DNA of 20,000 bases from Pachysolen tannophilus NRRL Y-2460 (lineage: Eukaryota), in contig KV454014.1 in NCBI GenBank assembly GCA_001661245.1, forward strand, positions 877,606 to 897,605, written 5' to 3'. The translations under genes and the position numbers were made by a program. Of this stretch, positions 1 through 10,200 are shown piece by piece (position 1 is the stretch's first letter; each line of letters begins with the position of its first letter). The notes under the pieces are model-generated. The model saw only the letters and a program-made list of their open reading frames with translations. It made no database searches and was not told where the DNA came from.

Positions 1-3000
1 ATTGGATATTATAAGGACCTGTAACATCCAAAGCCTTACCAATTTTGGCAGTCGCTTCAACAATTCTATTGACAGTTTCTGGATCTAAATCCTGCGGTGG
101 AACAATTAAAGTTGCATCACCAGAGTGAACACCTGCATTCTCAACATGTTCTGAGACAACGTGCATGATTAATTTTCCATTCTTGGCAACAGCATCCATT
201 TCAATCTCCTTCGCATTTTCAATATATTTAGTAATAACAACAGGATAATCAGGTGAAACTTCAACTGCTTGCGATAAGTAAGAGGCTAAATCATCTCTTG
301 AATAAACAGTATTCATGGCTGCACCTGACAAAACATATGATGGACGAACTAATACCGGGTATCCGACATTGTTTGCAAAGTCTTCAGCTTCTTCGAAGGA
401 GGTTAATTCTTTCCAGGCAGGTTGGTCAACTCCAATCTTATCTAACATACGAGAGAATTTATATCTGTTCTCTGCGGAATCGATCATTTCCGGTGAAGTA
501 CCCATTATTTTAACATTTTGACGATGTAATGATAAAGCAATGTTATTTGAAGTTTGACCTCCCATAGAAATAATAACACCAGCAGATTTTTCAAGCTCAT
601 AGATATCCAATACTCTTTCCAAATTAATGGTCTCAAAATAAAGACGATCTGCTTCATCATAATCAGTAGAAACTGTTTCAGGGTTGTAGTTTATCATAAT
701 TGTCTTAGTACCTAAAGCTCTTAAAGTTCTAACTGCTGTAACAGCACACCAATCAAACTCAACTGAGGATCCAATACGGTAAACACCTGAACCCAAAATA
801 ATAACACCATGATCGTTGAACTCTACATCATGCGAGTCAGCATTGTATGTTAAGTAAAGATAGTTGGTATATGCAGGAAATTCAGCGGCAACCGTATCAA
901 TTTGTTTTACAAATGGAAGGATACCAGCATCCTGTCTTAATCTTCTGATAGCAACTTCATTAGAATTTAAGAATTTGGCAATTTGTCTGTCTTCAAAACC
1001 TAATTGTTTTGCTTGTCTCAAAATCGAAACAGGAAGTTTCTCTTTACTACCAAACTCAGCAATTTTGAAACCAAATTTAATTAAACCATCTAATTTGTTT
1101 AAGAACCATCTATCAATATTTGTCATCTTGTGGATTTTTTCAACAGAATAACCAGAAGATAAAGCATTTGCAATGGCGAAAAGACGTTGATCAGATGGTG
1201 TTTGTAATTCCGAATCAATATCAATTGACATTAAAGCTTCAGTCTTGTTAAAACCAATATTTTGATAATCGGTTGACCTTATAGCCTTTTGGATAGCCTC
1301 TTCAAAAGTACGACCAATACTCATGACTTCACCAACAGATTTCATTGAAGAAGATAATAAGTTTGAAACTCTTGTGAATTTTTTCAAATCCCATCTTGGA
1401 ATTTTAACAACAACATAATCCAAAGATGGTTCAAAACAAGCACAAGTAACTTTTGTAACTGAGTTTCTAATTTCGTTTAACGGAATATTCAAACCTAACT
1501 TAGCAGCAGTATATGCCAATGGGTAACCTGTTGCCTTTGAGGCCAATGCTGAAGAACGTGACAAACGTGCATTAACTTCAATAATACAATATTCCTTAGA
1601 ATGCGGGTTCAATGCATATTGAATGTTACATTCACCAACGACACCCAAATGACGAATAACGTTAACAGCAGTTGTACGTAACATATTATAGTCTTCATCG
1701 GACAAAGTTTGAGATGGAGCAACAACTATAGAGTCACCTGTATGGATACCTAATGGATCAAAGTTTTCCATATTACAGACGGTAATACAGTTATCGAAAG
1801 CATCACGAACAACTTCATATTCAATTTCCTTCCATCCTTTCATTGATCTTTCAACTAAAACTTGAGGAGAAGTTGCAAATGCTATATTACATAAATTAGT
1901 TAATTCAGTTTCATTTTCAGCGAAACCGGATCCCAAACCACCTAATGCATAAGCAGCACGAACAATGACTGGGAATCCAATGTCCTTCACAGCGTCTAAT
2001 GCTTCTTGTAAAGAAGAAGCAGCTTTGGATTTAGCACATTTCTCCCCAATTTCTTCCATTGATCTAGCAAATAACTCTCTATCTTCAGTGGTAATAATAG
2101 TATCAATTGGAGTACCCAAAACCTTAACTCCTAAAGATTCAAATTCATCTTTTAATTTGATACCAACGCCTAAAGCGGTTTGACCACCAAAAGTAACATA
2201 AATTGCATCTGGTTTTTCATGTCTAATAACTTTTCTTACGAAATCAGCATTAACTGGTAAGAAATAAACCTTATCAGCCAAACCTTTTGAAGTTTGTATG
2301 GTTGCAATATTTGGATTAATTAATATTGTATAAATTCCTTCTTCTTTCAAAGCTTTAATTGCTTGAGATCCTGAATAGTCGAATTCACCAGCTTGACCAA
2401 TTGATAAACCACCTGAACCTAAGACTAAAACTTTTTTAACTTTTTCTCTTGGATGTTTAGCCAAATTTTCTTTGATGTCACCTCCTGGGAAAGAGACAGC
2501 TTTTAAAGCACGGCTTGATTTAAATTCTAAGACAGAATTAATGAAAACATCAAATAAAAATTCGGTATCTCTTGGACCTGGAGTTGATTCTGGATGGAAT
2601 TGAACTGAGAAAAAAGGTTTTCCAGTGTGGTAAATACCTTCATTCGAACCATCATTTGAATTAACAAAAAGTTCTTTCCAACCAGGTTGTAAAGTGGTGG
2701 TATCAACAGCATAACCATGATTTTGAGAAGTGATATAACATCTACCAGAAATACTGGATGTACATGGAATATTGTGACCTCTATTTCCGAATTTCAATTT
2801 AATTGTTGATGCACCAGAAGCTCTAGCTAATAATTGATGACCTAAACAAATACCAAAAACTGGTGTTTTTTCTTCTTCCAAGACTTTCTTCAATCTCTCT
2901 ATAGTTGAAGTCATTACTGATGGATCACCTGGACCATTGGAAACAAATAACCCATCATATTCTTCCGTGGTAAAATCATAATCCCAAGGAACAACTTTTA

Positions 3001-3736
3001 ATTCAACACCACGTCTAACAAAACATCTAATTTGATTAAATTTCATACCAACATCAATTGCAATAATTCTAATAATTTTACCATCTGGTCCTTTTTTCAA
3101 ATTAGCAATTGGTTTATAAAGAACTGGTGATTTTGTTGAAACTTTTGCAACCAAATTTTTAACATTTGGATCATCAAATTCTGGTATTTCAAAATTTTCT
3201 TTCCAAGTATTAGGATTTAAAGCATCTTCTAATTTTGAATCTTTTTTTTGTAAAGCCAATCTACCTAAAGTTGAACCTTTTTCTCTTAATCTTTTTGTTA
3301 AATTTCTTGTATCAACACCATAAATTGCAGGAACACCTTGTTCTTGTAACCATTGACCTAATGAAGATTTAGCTAAATAATGAGAATATTCTTCTGTATA
3401 ATGAGCAACAACTAAACCAGCAATATGAATTTTAGAAGATTCAAAATATTTTGGTAACTCCGGTACATCTTCATCTCTCAATTCACGATCAGGAACACCA
3501 TAATTTCCAACCAATGGATATGTGATGACCAAGATTTGACCTTCATAAGAAGGATCTGTAATTGCTTCTGGATAACCAACCATACCTGTTTGGAAAACTA
3601 ACTCACCAGCAGTTGAAACATTGGCACCAAAGGAATAACCTTGCAATGCAAGACCATCCTGAGTTTCCAAAGTCATCAACCTTTGGCCAGTAGATTCATT
3701 TGGTGGTGTAATTGGAGCCGACAAACTTGAAGCCAT
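1..3736 (-). CDS. URA2: Multifunctional pyrimidine biosynthesis protein Ura2 (CAD-like): GATase/CPS small domain fused to CPS large domain; 3' part runs off the window start
   Basis: Manual translation gives an uninterrupted frame of about 1245 codons from ATG 3736: [38 protein letters not shown]...[14 protein letters not shown]. It contains GATase motifs [10 protein letters not shown] and QFHPE fused in frame to CPS motifs [17 protein letters not shown] and [15 protein letters not shown]. The fusion separates it from CPA1/CPA2. Confidence 0.97.
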   Translation of the reverse strand, partial: MASSLSAPITPPNESTGQRLMTLETQDGLALQGYSFGANVSTAGELVFQTGMVGYPEAITDPSYEGQILVITYPLVGNYGVPDRELRDEDVPELPKYFESSKIHIAGLVVAHYTEEYSHYLAKSSLGQWLQEQGVPAIYGVDTRNLTKRLREKGSTLGRLALQKKDSKLEDALNPNTWKENFEIPEFDDPNVKNLVAKVSTKSPVLYKPIANLKKGPDGKIIRIIAIDVGMKFNQIRCFVRRGVELKVVPWDYDFTTEEYDGLFVSNGPGDPSVMTSTIERLKKVLEEEKTPVFGICLGHQLLARASGASTIKLKFGNRGHNIPCTSSISGRCYITSQNHGYAVDTTTLQPGWKELFVNSNDGSNEGIYHTGKPFFSVQFHPESTPGPRDTEFLFDVFINSVLEFKSSRALKAVSFPGGDIKENLAKHPREKVKKVLVLGSGGLSIGQAGEFDYSGSQAIKALKEEGIYTILINPNIATIQTSKGLADKVYFLPVNADFVRKVIRHEKPDAIYVTFGGQTALGVGIKLKDEFESLGVKVLGTPIDTIITTEDRELFARSMEEIGEKCAKSKAASSLQEALDAVKDIGFPVIVRAAYALGGLGSGFAENETELTNLCNIAFATSPQVLVERSMKGWKEIEYEVVRDAFDNCITVCNMENFDPLGIHTGDSIVVAPSQTLSDEDYNMLRTTAVNVIRHLGVVGECNIQYALNPHSKEYCIIEVNARLSRSSALASKATGYPLAYTAAKLGLNIPLNEIRNSVTKVTCACFEPSLDYVVVKIPRWDLKKFTRVSNLLSSSMKSVGEVMSIGRTFEEAIQKAIRSTDYQNIGFNKTEALMSIDIDSELQTPSDQRLFAIANALSSGYSVEKIHKMTNIDRWFLNKLDGLIKFGFKIAEFGSKEKLPVSILRQAKQLGFEDRQIAKFLNSNEVAIRRLRQDAGILPFVKQIDTVAAEFPAYTNYLYLTYNADSHDVEFNDHGVIILGSGVYRIGSSVEFDWCAVTAVRTLRALGTKTIMINYNPETVSTDYDEADRLYFETINLERVLDIYELEKSAGVIISMGGQTSNNIALSLHRQNVKIMGTSPEMIDSAENRYKFSRMLDKIGVDQPAWKELTSFEEAEDFANNVGYPVLVRPSYVLSGAAMNTVYSRDDLASYLSQAVEVSPDYPVVITKYIENAKEIEMDAVAKNGKLIMHVVSEHVENAGVHSGDATLIVPPQDLDPETVNRIVEATAKIGKALDVTGPYNIQ

Positions 3737-3839
3737 TATAATTTTTTATATGTTAAAAATGCAAAGAATAAATGAGAAACCAAAAAAAAAAAAAAATTAA
3801 ATTAAATTAAAAAAAAAACAAAAAGTATTAAGAATAGCG

Positions 3840-4122
3840 CTAAATCAATGAAAAAAATACATTAGAATCATTAGTTAGTTTATTGTTAATTATCAATTGA
3901 AAATTTAAGGTCATTGGCATGATTACAATATAACAAGGCAAGAAATCCGCATCATCTTTTCAAAATTAGAATAAAAGCAAGAATATTTCATTTTTTTTTT
4001 TTTACTCAAAAATTAAAACTTTATCAATTCTATCTCTCTTCTATCTTTCAAAATGAGCATCAAAACTAGCCTTCAATCGTTAACCGCCGTTCAAAAAAAC
4101 CTTTTCTTTTTTGTAAACTTAC
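3840..4122 (-). other. Spliceosomal intron in the URA2 5' UTR (283 nt)
   Basis: Minus strand: donor AAAG|GTAAGT at 4122, branch AACTAAC at 3880-3874, acceptor TTTAG ending at 3840. S. cerevisiae URA2 is known to have a 5'-UTR intron. Confidence 0.75.
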
Positions 4123-4520
4123 CTTTAACAAATATTTAAATAGCAAGAACGAAAACTAAAACAGAGGAAAAAAAAAAAAAATTTTTTTGTATGTGTCTTT
4201 TCTATCTATCAACAAAACTCAAAAATAATCTTTAATTCAATTTATAAAACAATTCCTGGAGAAATAATCGTTATACAAATTGGATTTAAATCAAGTTAGC
4301 AGTCAAGAATAAAAAATATATATATATAAAAAAAAAAATTTTTTTTTCTTTTGTATGTATTATTTTAATTTAATTTAGTGTTTTTTTTTTGTTTTTTCTT
4401 GTTATTAAAACTTTTTTCTTGTACCTTTAAACAAATGAAAAATTAATATGAACAGGCCCACTTCAGTTTAAAAGCAGCTTGGATCAAAGACAAAGACAAA
4501 CCAGAGTCCGATTACTTTTT

Positions 4521-4573
4521 GAAAGAAGAAGAGAGAGAAGAAGAGAGAGAGAGAGAGAGAAAGAAAGAAGAAA
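4521..4573. repeat. 53-nt pure purine tract, (GA)n/(GAA)n; pure pyrimidine on the URA2 sense strand
   Basis: Directly visible: gaaagaagaagagagagaagaagagagagagagagagagaaagaaagaagaaa. Confidence 0.95.
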
Positions 4574-4640
4574 TAAAATAAAAATAAAAAAAAAAAAAAT
4601 GAAAAAACGTTAAAATCTTGTTAAAGGTTTGAACTCAAAG

Positions 4641-4648
4641 TATTTATA
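4641..4648 (-). promoter_or_regulatory. Candidate TATA box for URA2
   Basis: Minus-strand TATAAATA (TATAWAWR consensus) upstream of the pyrimidine tract and the ATG-free leader. Confidence 0.5.
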
Positions 4649-4769
4649 TGAAAAAAAATTTTTTTTTGATGTAATGCAACCCAAATGACAACATAGATCG
4701 ATGTGGCTGGTGTATGGTATTAAACAAGTCGATGTGCATATGATTAGCCTTATATTACTTGATTCGGAT

Positions 4770-4830
4770 CTCATCTCATCTTTTTTCCAAGAGTTTAAAT
4801 GGTTATGGAAAAAAAAAATTTTTTTTTTCA
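4770..4830. promoter_or_regulatory. PAC-like (GATGAGATGAG) and RRPE-like (AAAATTTT) elements in the URA2/AIM11 divergent promoter
   Basis: ctcatctcatc at 4770-4780 gives two overlapping GATGAG cores on the minus strand. A-tract/T-tract junctions occur near 4810-4830 and 4650-4667. RRPE-like matches are common by chance in this composition. Confidence 0.35.
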
Positions 4831-5299
4831 TTAATACAAAAGACAATTAGTAAAAAAAAAGTTAGTTTATGCGCGGTAGCTGTAGCGGTAACTGTAGGGT
4901 CTCTCTTTTTTTTTTGAACAGATGCAGTTATAAAACTCTGTTTTTTTACACACTCAACGTCTACATATAGAAAAATTCTACTTGTTAAGTATGTCTTTGT
5001 ATTTATTTGTATATGTGTATGTGGCGTAGTAAAACCTAGTAAAACCCACCTTATTTAAATAAAGTGTAGTGTAAGTAGTGTATATATTAAGTATAGTGTG
5101 TTAAATATCAAATTGTCCCGATTCGGGTTTACTATGGAAAGAGAGTTTTTTTCCTTTAGTAGTAAAGTGTATGTCAATGTAATGTGTAATTGGTAAATTA
5201 ATTGTATTATAATATTGAAAAGATTAATATTATTATTATTATAATAATAATTATAATAACTTGTTAATTAATTGAAAGTAAAAATATTATAATAAAATC

Positions 5300-5868
5300 A
5301 TGGTAGAGACTTTAAGTTTGAACAAGTTTCTTGGAAGAAGAGATCCATCTGAGTTAAGTGATGAGGTGAAAAAATATAATGAGAGAAGATTCAAGCAAAT
5401 GGCTTTATTTTATGGGTGTACAGTTGCAACTTTTTTATGTTCAAAAATTTCACATAGAGGAGTTATTAGTAGAAGATGTAAGTTTATTTTTTTTTGCATT
5501 TATTTATCTTCAAAATTTTTAATACTAATTCTAATTTATTGATTATAAATTTTAATATTTATTTAGATGTACCAAATTATTACCAACATAATCATGTACC
5601 GCCGCCATTTTCATTTTATAGAGATGCTTTAACTGCAGTTACTCTTTCAACTTTGTTGGCAATAAGCACAACTTCGATGTTTGTTACTGGTTCATTCTGG
5701 TACCTTGATATTTCAAATTTTAAAGAATTTAGTTTTAGATTGAAAAAATATCTTGGTGGAGAAGAAAAAGAAACTGAATTAATGAAATTACCTTTAGATA
5801 AAGATTCAGAATCTATTCAAAATTCTATAAATGATTTCATAAATGATTATGCCAAAAATGGGAAATAA
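5300..5868 (+). CDS. AIM11: Aim11/Iai11-family small mitochondrial membrane protein, spliced join(5300..5477,5567..5868), 159 aa
   Basis: Splicing joins the two ORF-track fragments into ...YNERRFKQMALFYG...GVISRR-Y-VPNYYQHNHVPPPFSFYRDALTAVTLST...WYLDISNFKEFSFRLK, with two hydrophobic segments. This matches Aim11 as I recall it. S. cerevisiae AIM11 is also spliced and adjacent to TSC11. Confidence 0.88.
5478..5566 (+). other. Intron of AIM11-like gene (89 nt, phase 1)
   Basis: Donor GTAAGT at 5478, branch TACTAAT at 5523-5529, acceptor TTTAG ending at 5566. Splicing restores the frame (T+AT = Tyr). Confidence 0.9.
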
Positions 5869-6112
5869 TTCTAGTAAATCAATTACTTCAATAACTTCAA
5901 TAAATTTCCAATTAAGTATTTTAAATACTTAATTGAAATATATATCTTTGTATATATCTTTTATATAGGCATTTTTTTGTATATTTTTTATTTTTCACTA
6001 CAAATTAATTTTCATGATATACACCAAAAATTCTTGAAACTTTTTTTTTAAATTTTATCAATTATATATATATTTAAACCTTTTTAAATGAATAAATGAA
6101 ATCATAAGAATA

Positions 6113-6961
6113 ATGTCGGAATCAGTTGTGAAAAGAGATTATAATAAAATTTATGAAATACAACTTAGTAGATTTAATGCCAAATTTACTAATTATAATA
6201 AATTATATGCAGAAGAACAGCAATCCAGAAAATTGATAAATTTCTTATATTTAAGAAATAATGCTATATTATCCTTAATTGATAAAATATCAGATCTCTT
6301 GGGTGATTATCCAAATTATGATCATTTAAAAAATGATGGAGAATTACAGAAAATAAATAAAATTATTAATAATAATCCCAATTTAACACAAAAATTACTG
6401 CCCTTGATTAATTTAATACAAATTGAAAAAGATCAACTAAAAACAGGTGAAGAAAATATTATAAATGAAAAATATGAATCTTATTTAAAACTTCTTTCTA
6501 CTTCATCTCCAAGTTTCCCACTTTCTTGGAAGTTTGATGAACCGGTATATAGAAGTCCCAGTGAAGTTGGAGATGTAATTAATTCAAAACTGAGAAGGTC
6601 TTCACTTGATAATGCTTCCTCTTTAACAGGCGCTAACAGAAATGGAACTAACTTGGTGGTTACAAATGGTTCCAATGATAGCATTGTACTTAAACAAACA
6701 GATTTTTTAAAAGAAACTGATCCATGTTCAAAATTATCATGGTTGAAAAGAAATCATCCAAAGATTTTTAGCGAAGAATCATTATCATTTTCAGATATAA
6801 TCGATAATAATACTACAATTGCTGATAGTGACGATAATAATTTTCCTTCTAATTCTTCTTTTACAAATAATATTAATTCAAGTGGGAAAAGAAGGCGCGG
6901 TAATTCAATTGTAGATGATAATGATGGGAAATCAATTACTAAAAGAAAAAAATCTACTTGA
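6113..6961 (+). CDS. Probable INO80 chromatin-remodelling complex subunit, Iec3-like (syntenic with IES5), 282 aa
   Basis: The N-terminal helix YNKIYEIQLSRFNAKFTNYNKLYAEEQQSRKLINFLYLRNNAILSLI and the motif DPCSKLSWLKRNHPKIF resemble the two conserved Iec3 blocks as I recall them. The C-terminus has a bipartite NLS-like KRRR...KRKK. The ORF is solid; the family call is less certain. Confidence 0.68.
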   Translation: MSESVVKRDYNKIYEIQLSRFNAKFTNYNKLYAEEQQSRKLINFLYLRNNAILSLIDKISDLLGDYPNYDHLKNDGELQKINKIINNNPNLTQKLLPLINLIQIEKDQLKTGEENIINEKYESYLKLLSTSSPSFPLSWKFDEPVYRSPSEVGDVINSKLRRSSLDNASSLTGANRNGTNLVVTNGSNDSIVLKQTDFLKETDPCSKLSWLKRNHPKIFSEESLSFSDIIDNNTTIADSDDNNFPSNSSFTNNINSSGKRRRGNSIVDDNDGKSITKRKKST

Positions 6962-7255
6962 TTAATTTTTTTTTAAACCTTTTGTGTATTATTATATAAT
7001 ATGCTTTACTTGTTTCTATTATTTATATACATATATATGATTGAAAATAATTAAAGATTTGATTTGTTTACTTCATCACTTTTTTTTTTTCTTTTTTTCT
7101 TTTTTCTTTTTTGAAAAATGCTCTAATATCTCTTAATTCTCTTTCATACAAAATAAATAATAATACCCTCTCTAATACAAAAAAAATAAAAAAAAAAACA
7201 AAAAAAAACAATTATAACGATTTTTTTACCCTTACTTAAAAACTTTACTCTTAAC

Positions 7256-10200
7256 TCAATGATTGGCATTTTCAGCATCTTGTTGCTGCTGTTCTAACTT
7301 CAGTTTTTTCCTGTCACTCCTAATAATTATCTCCAATAATTTATTTGAATCAATAAAATCATTTAGTAAATACCGTCTAGTACTTAACTTGTATTTAAAA
7401 TTTTCAAATAATTTTAAAATAATTTTAAACAAAAATACTTTGTTTTTGTCACTTTTGAAGAAATTCACAAAATTAGCCTTCTCATTTTTCCTACTTCCAC
7501 TATATTTTAATCTATTCAAATTCGAAATAGATTTCGTAACCATTAAATGTGTCATTATATTTATCAAATTTTCATAAATTTCCTTAAAAATTATTAAATC
7601 CCGAGTATTGGTTTTGGTTAAAAGGGAAAGTTCATTATCCATAAATGAAGTTAAATTAGTGTAACTCTTGAATTTTTCCAAAGCAATAGAGTCAGTAACT
7701 GCATCATTTTTCGAACTACCATTTATTGCATTAAAATAAGTATTACTTGCTCCATATTCAAAATTGACATTTCCAAATGAATCAGACTGACCATCTTTTT
7801 CGACATCCTTCCCATCATCGTCAACCTCATTATGATTTATATTATCATCAAGTTTCTTAATATTATTTGCATCATTATCGAAAAAGCCTTCAAGCTCATT
7901 GGGTAAACAATATCCAATTGGATTCCCAGTAAAAGACAAAGTGGAACTCCAATTTAATTCGTCTAATATTTCCATACCTTGCTCTGTATTAGATATAAAT
8001 CCTAATACGTAAAAACAAGTACCTCTTAATGAGAAACATTCAGAATTATTCATAATTGTCATGACATCTTCAACAAAATTAACAGATTCTAAAAGCTGGA
8101 TACCATAAGTACTGGCACCTATATTTCCCAAACTCCATAAATAACCTTTTAAATGTAAAACATTCCAATATTCAGGATCTTCATTGCTATCATTTATAGA
8201 AGACTCAAACTTCTCGGAAATATAATCTTTTATAAATTTTGAAAATTTGACAAATAATCCTGAATTTACCAAGAGATTGACACCTTCTTCTGTTTTAACT
8301 AATTCCCCGAAAAAATGATCTGGCATCCGCCCCTTCTCTCCTTTTTCAATTTTCGGAATAATAACAAATTTATATTTATCAGGATCAAATAATTCGTTGA
8401 ATAACAAATTTTCAACATCTATTACATACTGGAAAATTTTACCATTAATCCAATTTTCCATTTCTGTTTCAACAAAATTATTATCCATCAAGTATTTAAA
8501 TCCAACAGGGATTGACAAAAATTTTATTAACAACGATTGTCCAATTTTTTGTAAATTTTCAAAACAAGGTTTTAATTTGATAACGTTTAAAATGTTTTCC
8601 TTTGAATGATCACAATATGTATCTAAAATTTGAGCTGCAGTAGTACAAACGGTCTTATCCGGATCATATAACTGATCTATTAATAACGTTATTACAAATT
8701 CCTCAAAGGATGGATCATCATTGGTATTCAATAGCTTTTCTAAATGCTTTGTTGTAAAAATTCTCATATTTTTATCTGATGTGGTTAAAATCTTAGATAG
8801 TATAATTCTTAAATGACTTGGATATTTAAAATCCATTTCTTTTATTATAAGCTTAACAATATCATCTCTTCCACTTTTCCTTTCACTTATGTGATAGAAC
8901 ATACTGAAAATTCTCCATTGCTCTAACATTTTTAGCCCACTAAGGTCTTTTGATAAGACACCCAACATAGTGAAATAACCAGAGTTCAGAGTAGCTTCCA
9001 ACTTTTGTTTTGAAAATAAAGAATCCGTAGCTGTTATTCCACTATATGGATCAACCTGTGCAATACATTCAGCAATTTGAGGTAACAATTTATTTTCACT
9101 TAAAAACTTCACACCTTCTTCACTTGCCAATAACATTTTGAAAAGTTCACACCCAACTCTAATATATTTAGCACTCAACCTTGATTTTTTAGAAACTTTT
9201 GAAAATCTAAATTTGAAAGGTCTATAAAAAGACATTAATCTTTTTACTATCTTTGTTGTTTTCACTGTATCTTCTAATCTCTTTCCATCTGTTAGAGGCC
9301 CTTGACATAATTCTATTATCAAATCCCAATTCCATGATTCATATTGCTTTGTCTGCAATATTTTTGTATCCATTAATAATTTTCTAAATTCTGTATCATC
9401 AAATTCATATTTTAACATTGCTTTAATATCTTTTGGTAAATCGTTAAAGTGAGCAAGAGGTTTGACCTGCATACCTAATGAAACTCTTCCTTTATTTAAC
9501 CTCCTAGTGACTTTTTCAATTTGAAATGAAACAGATGAAGGAATTTTGATATTCAAATTATTAGAAATATTTCTTTCAACAAGTAATGGTAATAAAGCAT
9601 CAAATGAATCAATTTTATCAATGAAATCTCTTGGTAATAAATTTGAAGATAAATTTAAAATTTCTATAAGTAAAAAAATAGCTTTTCTTCTGTTTAAATC
9701 ATCAGTTCCATCAGTTATGATTGATGCTAATTTTTCCATTATTCCACAATTTAATAAACATGTTAAGAATAGTGAAGTATAATGATTAATAATTCTCAAT
9801 TCTTTTTCTGGTTCACTTGGCGCAATATTTGGCTTATGTGGTACCTGATTGGTAGTTGACAGATCAGATTTTGATTGATTAATATTTCTTTTACCAAATA
9901 TAGTTATTGATTGAATCCATGGTAAAGTTCTAATTCTTAAAATATCGAAAAAAATATCCATCAAGATATCTCTTAAATTTGGGATATCAAATATTAAACA
10001 ATTAATTAATTCTTTTAAAGGATTGAAATGATTTTGTGAAAATGAAATGAAACCTGGCCAAGTTTTCAAAAAAACTGTTAACATAAATGCATTATTTTGT
10101 AATTTTTCAATATTTGAATGAGTTTTCATCAGGTAATCAGTAAATGGAGAAATTAATAAATAAATGTTAAGTTGATTGAAAAGAAATTTTCTACTTTCTG

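Noticed and set aside
253..2718. Short ORF-track entries (253, 315, 864, 1965, 2527)
   Set aside because: Antisense or out-of-frame shadows of the URA2 coding sequence.
4115..4130. AAACTTACCTT resembling the 5' end of U1 snRNA
   Set aside because: It is the complement of the URA2 intron donor; I see no U1 stem-loops downstream.
4121..4628. ACCTTTAA/TTAAAGGT as Zap1 zinc-responsive elements
   Set aside because: Only half of the ACCTTNAAGGT palindrome is present in each copy.
4610..4846. 78-aa minus-strand ORF upstream of URA2 as a regulatory uORF
   Set aside because: Starts at a non-ATG codon, is driven by homopolymers, and lies mostly upstream of the candidate TATA.
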